A DNA stretch of 64,000 bases from Podarcis liolepis (Eukaryota), in assembly GCA_965112155.1 (NCBI GenBank), contig OZ218099.1. One strand, given 5' to 3'. Position 1 is the stretch's first letter; each line of letters begins with the position of its first letter. Shown here in pieces: positions 12,758-25,247 of the stretch. Made by a program: the position numbers and the translations under genes. The notes beneath the pieces were generated by a model. It had not been told where the DNA came from. It searched no databases and saw only the letters and a list, made by a program, of their open reading frames with translations.

Positions 12758-13281
12758 GTGTAGAGAAAGCATCTTTGGCAAGGCTTTTGGTGTTGCAACA
12801 GGGCTCACTGTTCCCAGCGTAAGTGTCAAAAACAAATACCTGGAGCCCAAAGAGTGCAGTAGAGAAGTAGGACATATGGACCCCAGCTTGCTGGAGAATA
12901 ACCATTCTCTTCAAAGTGCTAGGTTAGGGTGCAAGCTACTCCAAAGTCCTTTCTTTCAGGAACTCATACTAGATATACAAAGTGTGCTGAGGCCAGGCCA
13001 GGCCAAAGGGCCATAGTCCATCCAACACATCTTATCCTGACAGGCAGCGTCTCAGCATTCTGCTCCTCTACTTAAGACCCTTCAACTATAAAACCAGCAC
13101 ATGGTTCCAAGGAGCATGTTGTAGGCAGTGTGCATTGGCATGCTGGAGGCTTTCATTTTCACACCACACCCACAAACAGGAGACACGTGTGGCAACCTGC
13201 ATCAGATTTGGCTTGACACCTGCCCGCTGTTATCATACGTCTTCCGGAAGATAAGAGTTGTCTGTTTTCAGACCTTCTTAC

Positions 13282-13403
13282 CTCCTGATCCCAGCAGCTT
13301 CATCTCCTATTTCTTGTGGCATCCTCTCCTTCAGCTGTTTCCGGATATCCTTCCAGCGCTCCTCCAGCTGCTGTCGGAAGGGGTCCAGTTCCAAGCGGTC
13401 CAG
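13282..13403 (-). CDS. QRICH2: QRICH2 exon (LDRLELDPFRQQLEERWKDIRKQLKERMPQEIGDEAAGIR)
   Basis: cag/gtaaga, 122 nt, phase 0-2; LDRLELDP and DEAAG motifs. Confidence 0.95.
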
Positions 13404-14908
13404 CTGCACAGAAAGGGACAGAACGGTTCTGGAGAGAGCTGCATGTTCAAGGCACTGGCGCGGTAGGGTAGAGCTGCAACGCTACCAATCCTGGAAGCGG
13501 GACTGCTGGGAAGCTAGCACTGAAGCTCCGCCCCTTTGAATGAGTCGCTGCCATTCAAAATATTGTTCAGCCCACCTTTCTGGTGCTCAAGGCAGCTTGC
13601 AGCAGAAAAGTCATGCATCCATTTCAACACAAGCTGGGAAAATGGCACCGTCATTAATCAGTGCCTAAGTGGTAAAGGCCTAGATATGGAGGAGATACCC
13701 CGGCGGAGCATTTCAAAAGGTGAGGTGCCACCACAGGGTAGACCCTGTGATGGGCAGGGGGTGTGGAGAGACAGAAGAACAAATCGAAATATTTTGTTCC
13801 CCCTTTACCAATTAAATGAAGCAAAGATTTAACCGAGGGTCATTTAACGCTTTCTCACTGCTGAAATGAGATACGTTGAAAACAGTATGAAAGACCATAA
13901 AAGCTATATTAAATAATTAATGGCTGGATGGCAATATTAGCATACAAAAATGCATATTAACTTACACTGCATTGTTTTAGAGAGGGAGTGAGTTAGAACA
14001 TTTAAGATAATTGTATGGTGTGTAAAGACTGGAAATGTTCATATGTTTTATATGTTTAAATTAAAAGAAACTTAAAAGGGAAAGAAGAAAAAGGTCCAGG
14101 TTCTGAAGGCAGGTTAGCAGAGAAGAACCTCAGATGACAATTGGTATGAACAGGCAGGTTTCTATAGGAGAAGGCAAGCCTTCGGCCTAGGGATGCCCAA
14201 CTATTTCACTTGGCCTGTCATTTTCAAGTGACCTGGTCTGATTTGCATTCCTGGACAGCAGATTAGAACACAATTATCCCCCACTTTTTGCACCCTTATT
14301 ATTTTTGCAATATAGTTCTCAGGTAAAAGATAATAAAAATACTAAAATGCATTCAAAAATGTGTATTTAAGGACAAAGTTCATACACAAATATGTATTTT
14401 ATGTGATCAAACACATTAAACAGATTTTTTTAAAAAAATGCATTAAAAAGATTGATGCAGAAATGGGATAGAATGGGACCCACGAGTGAACATGTGCAAA
14501 ACACACATTGATTGGCAATTAGACTGGCCTGTCCATCCCTACTTCAGACATCCTGTTTACAGAGATTTACTGGTAAAAGCTGGCATTTCAAATCGTGTCC
14601 TGAAACAAACTGGAAGCCAGTATTTAGAGGCAGGAATCATGCGTATTCCTACCCTTCAGCCTACCCTGGCTCACCTGATTGTCAGGGACAGGCACGAGCA
14701 ATGAGACATGCATGGCTGGCTCACCAGCATAAGCACTTACAGTAAGTGTTGGGAACAGGGCAGAAAGGGGTGTGCTTCTGCATGAGTCACTGGGTACTCC
14801 CAGCCACATACCACAGAACTGAACCGCAAACATGGGAAGCTCTCGACACTTTGGGATGCCCTCATTGGCCTGTCTGTGAATCATGGGCAAGGCAAGAGCC
14901 TTGCTTAC

Positions 14909-15073
14909 CTTGGAGTCCATTTCAATCAAGAGTTTGTCAAGCATCTTCTGCCAATCTTGTTCTTGCCCAGCCATCTTGTTCAACAGCTCCTGCATCATCT
15001 TATGCAACTGCTCCGTGGTAGCATCGAACTGGCTACGGCTGACCTTCGCAGCAAGGGCAGCCTTATCTGCTTT
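14909..15073 (-). CDS. QRICH2: QRICH2 exon (KADKAALAAKVSRSQFDATTEQL...EMDSK)
   Basis: cag/gtaagc, 165 nt, phase 0-0; conserved DUF4795 sequence. Confidence 0.95.
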
Positions 15074-15397
15074 CTGGAAAAGTAGGGGGAAAGATGGGGG
15101 CATATCACTGGTAAGATCTGCATCGCAAAGAACACCCCCGCCCTTCCCATCAGTAGCTCTGAGTGTGGATGTCCAGAGAGCATCTCCCTCCAATCTATAA
15201 GGATGGCAAGCACCAGAATCCCTGTTCAAACGGCTAATGACTGCCCTGCAGGTTGGCTGCAGAGCTGGGAGCAGAATCCAGGCCCCATCTACTTCATACA
15301 CTAGTTCCCTCTGCAAGTAGAGCTTATGCAGGAGCACCTAGCCATGGCTCGATGCGCATGGGACAACTGTGATGTGTTATCAAGTACAACTCCTCAC

Positions 15398-15472
15398 CAC
15401 ATCGATTTCCATCACTAGGCTGTCTTTGTCCGCTTTTACATTTTCTAGTCTCTCCAGGGACTTGAACAACAT
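15398..15472 (-). CDS. QRICH2: QRICH2 exon (MLFKSLERLENVKADKDSLVMEIDV)
   Basis: cag/gtgagg, 75 nt, phase 0-0; KADK motif. Confidence 0.92.
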
Positions 15473-16361
15473 CTGTAAAGAGCACAAAGCAAAATAATCA
15501 AAGGTGGTTACCCAGAGACTCACATTCCTACTCAGCAGGGTAGAGGAATCTGGTGCCCTTCAGATGTTTCCAACTTCATCTCCCATCAGTCCAGGCAGCA
15601 TGGCCTATGATCAGAGATGATGGGAGTTGTTTGTAGTCCAACATCATCTGGAAGGCCACAGAGTTCTTCATTCCCACTACACTTTTATTTAAAATTATAT
15701 ATATATATTCATTTACTAGCACATGTTCTGCAAGGTCTCATTGCATCCAAATACTGCAAATCACACAACTCTCATTCCAAAGTGAGCCGTCTTGTGCTTC
15801 TATCTCATGAGTGATAACAGACTGCAGGCTTGTGTATTGACAAAGCATGCTTTAGGTCAACTAGCTCAACATTTTGGGAATCGATACTGGGGGCAGAGTG
15901 GGGGTGGGAGGACGCTCACTTGCCAAGGAGGGCAACAGGGTGATTTGATGGGGCCCCTGGCAACCCTACCAAAGTTTAGTGAACATCAGGTAGAACTCTT
16001 ACCCACTTGTTCTCCCATGAGGGGTCTGGGTGGCAGGGAACATGATGGCCCCTGGAGAACAGGCTGCCGTCCTGCCCAAATACCAAATGTTGGCACATCT
16101 GCTGTAAGAGGTGATTTGCTGATGCTGATTGAATTGTAGCTGCTTGTACCAAATGTCAACAAACCCAGCTGGATATCCAGTACTGCCACCACAGCTATAG
16201 TCTCATGGCCTCAGTCACCTGCTTTGTCTCTCGACAGTAAGCAGAGGGAGGAGAGTCAGCTGCTTCCCCCTGGAGGAAGCACCACCAAATCCTTGTGAAG
16301 CAACAACATTGGGAATGTCCCATGTCATTTGACCCTCTAACCTGGCGTCAAGATCACCTAC

Positions 16362-16484
16362 ACTGATCTCCTTCTGCTTCTGGCGATGATCTTCTACAAG
16401 AGTGCCTGCGGTGGCGTTCAGCTTCTCACAGTCATCCTGAACTTGCAGGATGGTGCTTTGGATCTGGTTAAGCATCTCTTCATC
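16362..16484 (-). CDS. QRICH2: QRICH2 exon (DEEMLNQIQSTILQVQDDCEKLNATAGTLVEDHRQKQKEIS)
   Basis: tag/gtaggt, 123 nt, phase 0-0; start of DUF4795-type region. Confidence 0.9.
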
Positions 16485-17318
16485 CTAATTGCAAAGGCAA
16501 CAAAGTAATGAAAGCCAACATTGACATGGGTCTCCTTAATTAAATCCCTCCCCAAGTGTGTCAATTCCCTTTCGTTTTGGTGCAATGCATATTTTATCTA
16601 CATTGGATCAGAACTACAGCCTGAAGATGACAGTACACCATCAAGCAAAAGCTTTGTATTTAGGAGCAGACACCTGTGGGTTCTGCCTTTGCATGTGCCT
16701 CCTCTCTGGATGGAAGCACGTGTGTTGTTCTCACCCCTGCCCCTGGTTATCATTTATGTTGCACTGTACTTCCATTCTGCCCCTAGGTGCTGATATTAAT
16801 GCACTTTCAGCATACAAAAGAAAGCACAAATCCTGGCACTTTGTCACAGAGCACAAAGAACAAAAAGATGCCATATGAGAAAACAGAATCACAAAAAAGC
16901 CATGGACATAACCATTATCTATGGTAGGGTGGCCTGTTCAATCCTTCTTAATTCCTTGCTTATGTTACCTAGGACAAGAATCTCTCTATGCCCCTTTGGA
17001 GGATGGGAGAGGGATTCAGAGATCCCGTCTCTAGGGATGGGCAGGATAATAAATGATATGAATACAGATGCACACATAATGCCGTCTGAGGACAGCAGGT
17101 TGACTCATGCATTTGGAGAGCCCTTCTACGATTCTGTAGCTTCTGCTTCCAAGCCTCAGTGTGCCGCGGCTTCCCAGCACGTAACTCCCCAAATGAGCCT
17201 TCTTCAGGCCTTACCACTAAGTCTCAGATCAGGCCTCAGCATCCACACAGAGCCCCCTGAACTCCTCCCTCTGCCCTCCTCCTGGAAACCTGAGGTCACG
17301 TTCTTGCGCCGGCCTTAC

Positions 17319-17567
17319 CTGGCGGTGCTTGGGTTTCTTGGCTAGTTTGCCTTCTGCCTGCCTTAACATGAAGTTGTTAATCAAGTCCTGCAGCTGCTCA
17401 TAGCGCTTGAACAGCTGGCTAACCTTCTCACTGACATCTAAGCTGCAAGCTGCACATGTGCTCTGGACCTGAGCCACCCCAGGCTCCGGGGTAGGTGGCA
17501 TGCTCATGGACAGCAGCGTGGACGAGGAAGCCATCATGTTCTCTATGACACCTCTAAGCTTGTCTAA
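17319..17567 (-). CDS. QRICH2: QRICH2 exon (LDKLRGVIENMMASSSTLLSMS...TCAACSLDVSEKVSQLFKRYEQLQDLIN...KHRQ)
   Basis: cag/gtaagg, 249 nt, phase 0-0; recognisable QRICH2 sequence. Confidence 0.92.
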
Positions 17568-20278
17568 CTGTGGGCAAGGGAGAGAAGGAGGAGTCCAGCT
17601 TTAGACAAGGGAGTCAGACGACAAGATCTTTCTTATCTTCCACAGAACTGGGGTCGAGTGCAGGTGGCGACAGTTATATCGTGCTGCTCTAATTGGCCCA
17701 CTCCATTGTCTCTCAAGAAAGATGGACGCCAACAATTTATTACAATATTTTCAGGCAGAGGCAAGAGGAGCAGGCAGGGTCTGGCAACACAAGCATAATG
17801 CCAAGAATCCCAGTGGCCACTTAAGAGATAAAGTTTCTAGAGCTCATGACTAGAGATGGGGTGGAAGTTTTAGAAAGCAGGTCTGCTAAACTCTCAAGGG
17901 CCAATGTGGACGTGACATATACCCCAGCCTACCTGCAAAGTTTCTATTTATTCTGGAAGGGAAGCTTTCACTGGTGCCAGCGGGAGCTCTTCCACACACA
18001 GAGTTAATAGCAATATTTGTGAAAATTATTTTTGTTAGGACTATGGGGGTTTGGAGAGTTAAACCAGTCTGCAGTCCAATGAAAATTGGTCCTTGCCCCC
18101 TTGCAATTTGAACAGATGCATTTAGCGCAATCTCTGGTTTAGCTCTCAGGCTGCCAAAGGGGAGGGGATGGAGGTTTCGGTGGCCAAGGAGTGGCACTTA
18201 TTTCATCATGTGTCGGTTCACTGGACACTCTACAGTCCCCTCCCTTTCCCCCTGCCTCTACACAGTTGCTCACAAATATCTCTTACTGCCGAGGGCATTT
18301 GCCTGGGATATCTGTGCCACTGTTGATGCCATTTTAGCTAACACGGACCCCTTCAGGATCAGGCTGTGGCTACACTGCCACCCTTCTGCACTTCACTCAT
18401 TCCCATCTGGTGTGGCTTATGGCAAAGTTGCATCTGTTTACAAATGGGTATCGTAGAGGTGTCAGAAACATGAGACCCTTGGCTGCTGCAGCTGCTCTGA
18501 AGCTCCCTGAGAATGCATGGCAGGAGTGGGTTTCCTGGGGAGTGCGGCAGGAACCTGCCCAAAGATCTCCTTCTGAAGCCCTTCCCTGGGTATTCCTGAC
18601 TTTAGAAGTGAAGGTGGCTGGCTGGGGGAAAGGGCTTTTTTCGTGGTGGCACCCCATCTGTGGAATGCTTGCTCCACCAAGGATCTATTCCTGCTGAACC
18701 TTTCTGTTCCCCAAGCAAATACCGTTTTACTAGCCCATGCCTCTTCAATCTGCTTAATGCAGTGGATGTTTTAGTAATTATTTGGTAACTTCTTTACAGT
18801 TTCATTGTTGGAATCGCTAATTGGAAGCAACCCGGAGCATTTTAGCACCTTGCCCTTCAGTTTTAAAAGTATCCCAGGTTGTCTTAAGCCAACAGCGTGA
18901 AATGTAGGGAGCACCACTGGGTCTGAGCTCCCACAGCTTCCTCAAATGTGGAAGTGTGCAGGAGCAGACAGAGGCTTAGAGAACCCCATTTCTCTTTAGG
19001 AAAAACCTCCTTTGGGATTTGGCCTGTTGATGACATGGTTCCTCCATCACTTTATTTGGGAATTCCCACATTTGGGCTTGCATAGATGATTTAGGGGCTG
19101 CTTGGTAGTGGTGGTGGGGACAAATGAACTAATTTAATCACCTTTGATGCTGAATGGTCAAAAGTCACGCTTCTCATCTGACTGTCAGTGGGAAGCCAAT
19201 AAGAGGTTAGGGGTGGGTGGGACTTCCCTTACAAATCCACAACAGCAGAAAGTGAGCATTCCAAGAAACCTAAGCTGGATGGCCATGGGAAAGAAACAGG
19301 GTTACCATTGGAGGAGAGGAACAGGGCAGTATGGCCTCCTTCTCTATACCTCTAGAAGAGGTTTGGTATGAGGGAAACAGCAGGTGATGTTTTACATGAC
19401 ATGGAGCCAAAGATTAACACCTGCCCATAGCTGCAAAACAAATAGCTGTTAAAAGCAGAAAGCTACAGGGGCCGGTTCAGAACACTGGCAACTCCAGAGC
19501 AAAAGGCCCTGCAAGACAGCAGGAAAGCAAGGCAACCAGAGTCTGCCCCACTGAGCAGAAGCGGCCAGAGCTTGAGTCAGCCTCCCTTATCTGGAGGATT
19601 AGGAAGAGAGCTTTTCATTAAAAATAAAAACAGGCAGCTGTCCATGTACCAACTGGGGGGATCCTGCAGGGACATATATCCTAATCCAGCCCAGATAACT
19701 CTCAGCTACCTATCTACTTGCAAAAGTGGAATCAGCCCTCCCAAATTAGATCAAAACTGTTCCTAGGGTTGTGGGCTTCCCCACATCACAGCAGGGCATG
19801 CTTATTAAATCAAGGACAGCATCATTGCAAACTCCTGATTAGCAAACCCAATGACACAGCTGAACCCAACAGTACAAGAAAGTTACAATTTTAGGAGTGT
19901 ACTTCTTCAGGGCAACCTGAAGAAGCGTATCTGGCAAGCTGATCACTGGCAAGGGATTCTTACTCCCTCTTTACTGTTACTCCTCCTGGCTAACTACAAG
20001 GTGGCTGTCAGCTTAAGGCGTCAGCAGAAGAACTTGGACCAATCTTCTTTCCTAGAATTTCTAAGCAGATTTGGCCCTGTCTGGCTCCTGCCTTAGAAAG
20101 CCTCATGTTTTTCTTCTCACTGTGAAAGAGCCACCTCCACAGAGCCTTTGCAAAGCACATATGTTTCAAGAGGAGATCTGACAGGCAAGGGACCTGAAAC
20201 CAAACTAATGGCCAGGGGAAACCATGTGACTGATTCTTGGCAGCCAGGAAGAAAGACCTCACATTTCCACTCGCTGAC

Positions 20279-20393
20279 CTGTTCTTGCAGGTAGATGGCA
20301 GTGTCGGTCACTGACTGCTCCAGCTTGGCTTTCCCCGTATCCTGCTTGTTTCTGAGCTCCTTTAGCTCTTTCTCTATATCCTGCACTGTTGCT
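20279..20393 (-). CDS. QRICH2: QRICH2 exon (ATVQDIEKELKELRNKQDTGKAKLEQSVTDTAIYLQEQ)
   Basis: cag/gtcagc, 115 nt, phase 2-0, coiled coil. Confidence 0.9.
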
Positions 20394-22528
20394 CTGTACC
20401 GCAAAGCCAACAACAATAGAGAGGAGTTACTTACCAAACAGGAAACAGAAAGTAGTTTTTGGAGTGTGGGTCTCTAGGAAATCAGAAACACTCACAACAC
20501 AGTTCTGGGGTAAACTGGGGTCACTGAACTAGACTCCCTAAATGCACCTTCTTGGCCAGCTTTCAAGGGTAGGGGGTTTGCTTTGGCATATTTATTTGTA
20601 ATCAAGTCACATTGCACTGCAAAATGCCCCAACGATATGTGAAATCATCCTGGCAATTCAACTTCTAGCTACTTTTTTCCAGAAATGTAGAATCAATTTG
20701 AGGAAGACAGACCACTTGCAGGGGCCTTCACAGCTGTGAATTAGAGAACTTTAAGTTTGGGGATGTGGAGCTTAAAATATCTCTTTCTAAGGTTTACAAA
20801 TGACAACTGTCTCCTAGGAATGCCAGGTGTTTCTTACGGCAATTGTCCCTTAGAAAACTGCAAGTTCACTCTCCATATTCTACTTGTTCTGTTTGTAGTT
20901 TTTGTAGTTGTTATCTTATTGCATTGTGAAAAACCTGTAATACTTTTTAAAATTAACATGAGAAAACTGTGAGTACAATAAAACATAAAGGATGTTCCAT
21001 ATTTCAGAACACAGCGAATCCATCAAAATTTATAAGACTCACAATATATCTACACAGTGTTCCTTCTTTCAGAGATTCTGACCCAGGAGTGCTGGGCTCC
21101 TCAGCACATTCACACTTACAATTAGAGGCATGGGAGCCATTTCCCACACAATTGTAATTAAGCCCCTGGCGAGAGGAACAATATGGACCAAGTCCATCAT
21201 TTGAGTCCTTCCTTCCTTCCTGGCACCCAAGGGATAGATGCAGGCACTGCCAAACAATAACTGAGTCATCCTAGTTACATGTGGGGGCAGAGTGAAGTGA
21301 GGTGATCATTTTTCCTGTCCTCAGAAGGTGCCAGTCAATAAAGCAAAGGAAGCCCCAAAAACAATGAAATCACATCACTCTTCCTCACGCCCAGAGTCAT
21401 ACTACTCGAGGGACTGCATGCCAGTAGCATCCGTGATCTTCTCACAAGCACTCATATACTGGTCGCTGACGTTTATTAAGAGAGTGCTGGAACTGTGGCT
21501 GTGCGAGGGGTATGCTCAAAACTCACAGCACTCTTAGCAAACTACAACTCCCATGATTCCTTGGGAGAAGCCTGCCACAACGGTTAAAGTGGTATACTGG
21601 AGCTTTAATTGTATGGTGTGCTTTTACAGAAGGGATGCAAGAACTGGAAAAGGGGCTCCCATGCTGACCTCTGCCAAGCCTCAGCTCCATCTACTGGGTC
21701 CAGTCTTAAGCAGCTGCTTAGGCCTCCCTATCTCCCCACACATGATTTATTTGGGGGATGCAAGACCTTTCTATGGTGTACTCACACCTTTTAAGCGTTT
21801 GGCCTTGTCACAATACCTCTCAAAACTCATTTCTGCACATTCACATTTTATACTATTTTGTTATATATATAATGGCAGCATAAAAATGTTTTAAGTAATT
21901 TCTAACTATGTTACAAATTAATGCGCTTGGGTGGTTGTGTTTGAAATCTCTTCTGTGTGTACATTGGTGCTATAAAGCGAAGGAGCCACTTTGCTAACCT
22001 TCTGCCTTCCAGATGTTGCTGGACTATGACTCCAATTTTTGGGCATTGATCACTTGCCATTCTAGCTGGGGCTAGTGGAAGTTATAGTCCAAAACATCTG
22101 GAGGGCACCAGGTCAGAGAAAGCTGCTCCACACAGAGAGTTTTCTACTTAATCTGTCTGGGGGAAAAGAATACCGATGACATTCCAAATATGATTGAAAA
22201 AAATTCAATTGAATCCTCCCCCCCCCTTAAAGTGTGTATATGCTAGAAAGCCAGTGAAATTTCAAACCACTTCTAATTTTTACTGAGAAATTCTTTGTGG
22301 CATCTTATTTCAGCTGCACTTTTGAGAAAGACCCCTCATCTTCCATGGAACTATTAACTGGTAAAAATCCCATTCTGGCTTCCCACTGTACAGCAAACAA
22401 TTACATAACTCCACAGTTAAGTTGGTTGTGGTGACACCAAACATGACAGGCCAATGTTTTGGCTGATAAGACTGAGACTGGACTTGCCTACTTGGTGGCT
22501 TCCTCTAGTCTAGTGGCTACTTATTTAC

Positions 22529-22626
22529 CTCAGAAAACCTATCTGCATGTTGATCTGACCAGCTCCTTCCAGTTTGTCATCTGTTTCTGCCAGCTCTCCT
22601 TCAAGTACATTCTGGATCTTGTTTAA
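22529..22626 (-). CDS. QRICH2: QRICH2 exon (LNKIQNVLEGELAETDDKLEGAGQINMQIGFLR)
   Basis: ctag/gtaaat, 98 nt, phase 0-2. Confidence 0.85.
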
Positions 22627-23767
22627 CTAGAATCACAATTGGGGTAGGGGGATCAAAAGCCATACTTGCCTTGAAGAACTTTGGTCACGAAACACTAATT
22701 TTCCTTTATGGAAAGTCCCTGGGAGAAAGGGGCACATCCTTACCTCCCCGTGTTGTAAACAATAGATAGTTTACATCCACATATACCAGAGCTAAGGTTC
22801 AGGTCTAGAGATTAAGAAAGTGCTTCCTATGAGGAATGTTAAACTGATTCATTGGTAACGGAGCATCATCATGATTCACAACGTTGGGGTTCTACTGGCT
22901 GTGTTTCAAGTTTAGATTCACAAAATCAGGCTGAAGATTAACCACCACCCATAATATCTCAAATAAAACAGAGCACATCTTTTAAAGACCCTTAAAGACA
23001 CCTCAACAACAGCAACAAAAAGTAAACTATATGACTACATTGTGAATATACTGAAAAGGTTATACGTTCATTAAATGAAGATCATGAGCAATAGTAACGT
23101 TGTAAAGGGAAAATAGTAGAGCAATGAATTTCCCTGTTAAAGGAACTAAGGATTATTAATTACAAAAAAAGGAGAGAAAGCTTGAGCTTGACACTGGGAA
23201 TACTGTCATCATATTCAGAAAAAAAGAAAAAGGCGGGAGCAATTATAATTAAATAACAATCCCCTTTAATGATCCTAAAGGCAGATTTATTTTCATGTTT
23301 ACTGATACAACCAGGCAAAACTAGACCCTGAGCAATTGACCAAGCGTCAGCAGGAGACTCAAGGAAATGACAACAGCAGGATGCAGGATCAAACTAAGCC
23401 TGGTGAAGTTAGGTGGTCACTGTGACCCAGAGAGGGGAACCACACTAGGACCACCCAAATACTCCACTCAGCTTCAAGCAGCTAGTGCACATTTTAAATT
23501 GCAGTTTGCAGAAGCACAGAAAAATCTAAAGTGTGTCTCACTGATCTCATCCAGGTAGGAATTGTGAGCACCTGATACCTCCTGTAGCTAACAAACATCA
23601 CTGTAATTCAGAAATGATGAATTGCAGGAAATCAGAAATATAAAATCATTTCTACAAGTTCTGCCATTAAAGTAGCATGCAAACTAGCTTACAGTTCTCA
23701 AAATCTCAGCTTTCAATTTAAGTGGCTTGGATTTCTGATGCTCAGAAGATTGTTTCAAGTAGTAGGG

Positions 23768-23903
23768 CAGGCATCCCCAAACTTGGCTCTCCAGATGTTT
23801 TGGGACTACAATTCCCATCAACCCTGACCACTGGTCCTGTTAGCTAGGGATGATGGGAGTTGTAGTCCCAAAACGTTTGGAGGGCTGAGTTTCGGGATGC
23901 CTG
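23768..23903. mobile_element. Short palindromic hAT-type MITE; degenerate relatives near 580, 1370, 15540, 22000, 41150, 50815 and 53650
   Basis: CAGGCATCCCC...GGGATGCCTG TIRs, 8-bp TSD tagtaggg, fold-back interior (gactacaattcccatca / tgatgggagttgtagtc). Confidence 0.85.
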
Positions 23904-24179
23904 TAGTAGGGTGTTGTCAATGGTGGCCAATTGACTGTGCAACTTCAAGAAAGTCCCCCCCACCTTGGTATTTAGGAAGTTGGTCAAAATATAGTCCATT
24001 CATAACGCTTTAATGGTTCAGTGCTGGTACAGTGAACTTTATGTTTCGGATATGTTTTGATGGCTTCTAAGAACAGGATGCTTCTTGGGACTGGGCAAAT
24101 TACCTCTTATATGAAAACCTGATTGAAAACATTCTTGCTGCAAATAAGGCAGCATATTCTCTCCCTGACAGTCTCCTAC

Positions 24180-24274
24180 CTTCTCTTTCTCAGTTTTCAT
24201 GTCTTCTTCCATGGCCTGGAGTGCAGCCAGCTTTTCAGGAAGATCAGGTGGGATGAGAGCAATGTTCCGGTAAA
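24180..24274 (-). CDS. QRICH2: QRICH2 exon (LYRNIALIPPDLPEKLAALQAMEEDMKTEKEK)
   Basis: tag/gtagga, 95 nt, phase 1-0, consistent with neighbours. Confidence 0.87.
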
Positions 24275-24607
24275 CTATCCAGCAAAAACACAGTAGAATT
24301 ATAAATATATACAAGTGAGCCATCAGGTGACAAAACAATTCAGGGCTCCAGCCAAACAGCCATGCCCTCTGTAGGTATAGTCCATCCCATCCCCTCCACT
24401 TCTTTAGGGACAGTCCATTCCAACTGCATTTAACAGTATCAGTGCACACTGTTTGGGGGTTTCAGTTTTTGTTGTTGTTGTTGTTGCAAACTTTGGGGTC
24501 CCCCTTCCCCACAAACAAGCCTACAGCTCCCTCTTGTGGGTAGATGATGCCAGTTTAGTTAAATAAGATTCAGCACTCACAGAACGAATGTTCGCTGTTA
24601 GTACATA

Positions 24608-24849
24608 CAGTTGTACCTTGGTTCTGGAATGCCTTGGTACTCATCCATTTTGGCTCCCGAACAGCGCAAACCCGGAAGTAACTGTTCTGGTTTGCAAATG
24701 TTTTTTGGAAGCCGAATGTCTGACACAGCTTCCGATTGAGTGCAGGAAGCTCCTGCAGCCAATGGGAAGCTGAGCCTTGGTTTTCTAATGTTTTTGGAAG
24801 TCAAATGGACTTCCGGAATGGATTACGTTCGAGAACCAAGGTATGACTG
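24608..24849. mobile_element. Tc1/mariner (Tigger-like) MITE
   Basis: TA-CAGTTGTACCTTGGTTCT...AGAACCAAGGTATGACTG-TA imperfect TIRs. Confidence 0.75.
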
Positions 24850-25247
24850 TATACAAGTAGGAATTAAAACATGGAAGGCTCCTATTCCAGCCAAGCTACC
24901 TTCCAGATTACTCAATGCTTCTCCATTTAGCCTCCCTGCAATGTGCCCACTGAACATGCTCATTCCTCATATGGATAGGTGGACTTTGACCCCCCAGACA
25001 TTATGCCCATCATCACTGGCCATACTGCCCAAGAAATCCTGCCAGGAAACGTCCAACAGGTTCCATGCTCCTGGTTAGCTCTAACCCCCAAACCAACCCT
25101 CCAAACATTTGGGTGGGCTTACATTTTTAGATTTTCCTTCCCAGAAAAAAATGGTAGCCCAACCTATTGGAAATTTGCTGAAGCAGGTTCCAGATATTTG
25201 CCATTTAAAACAGAAACCCAGAAAACCGGTACACATGCAATACATAC

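Noticed and set aside
14624-15337. 237-aa ORF as a standalone gene
   Set aside because: It contains QRICH2 exon 14909-15073 extended by chance through intronic sequence.
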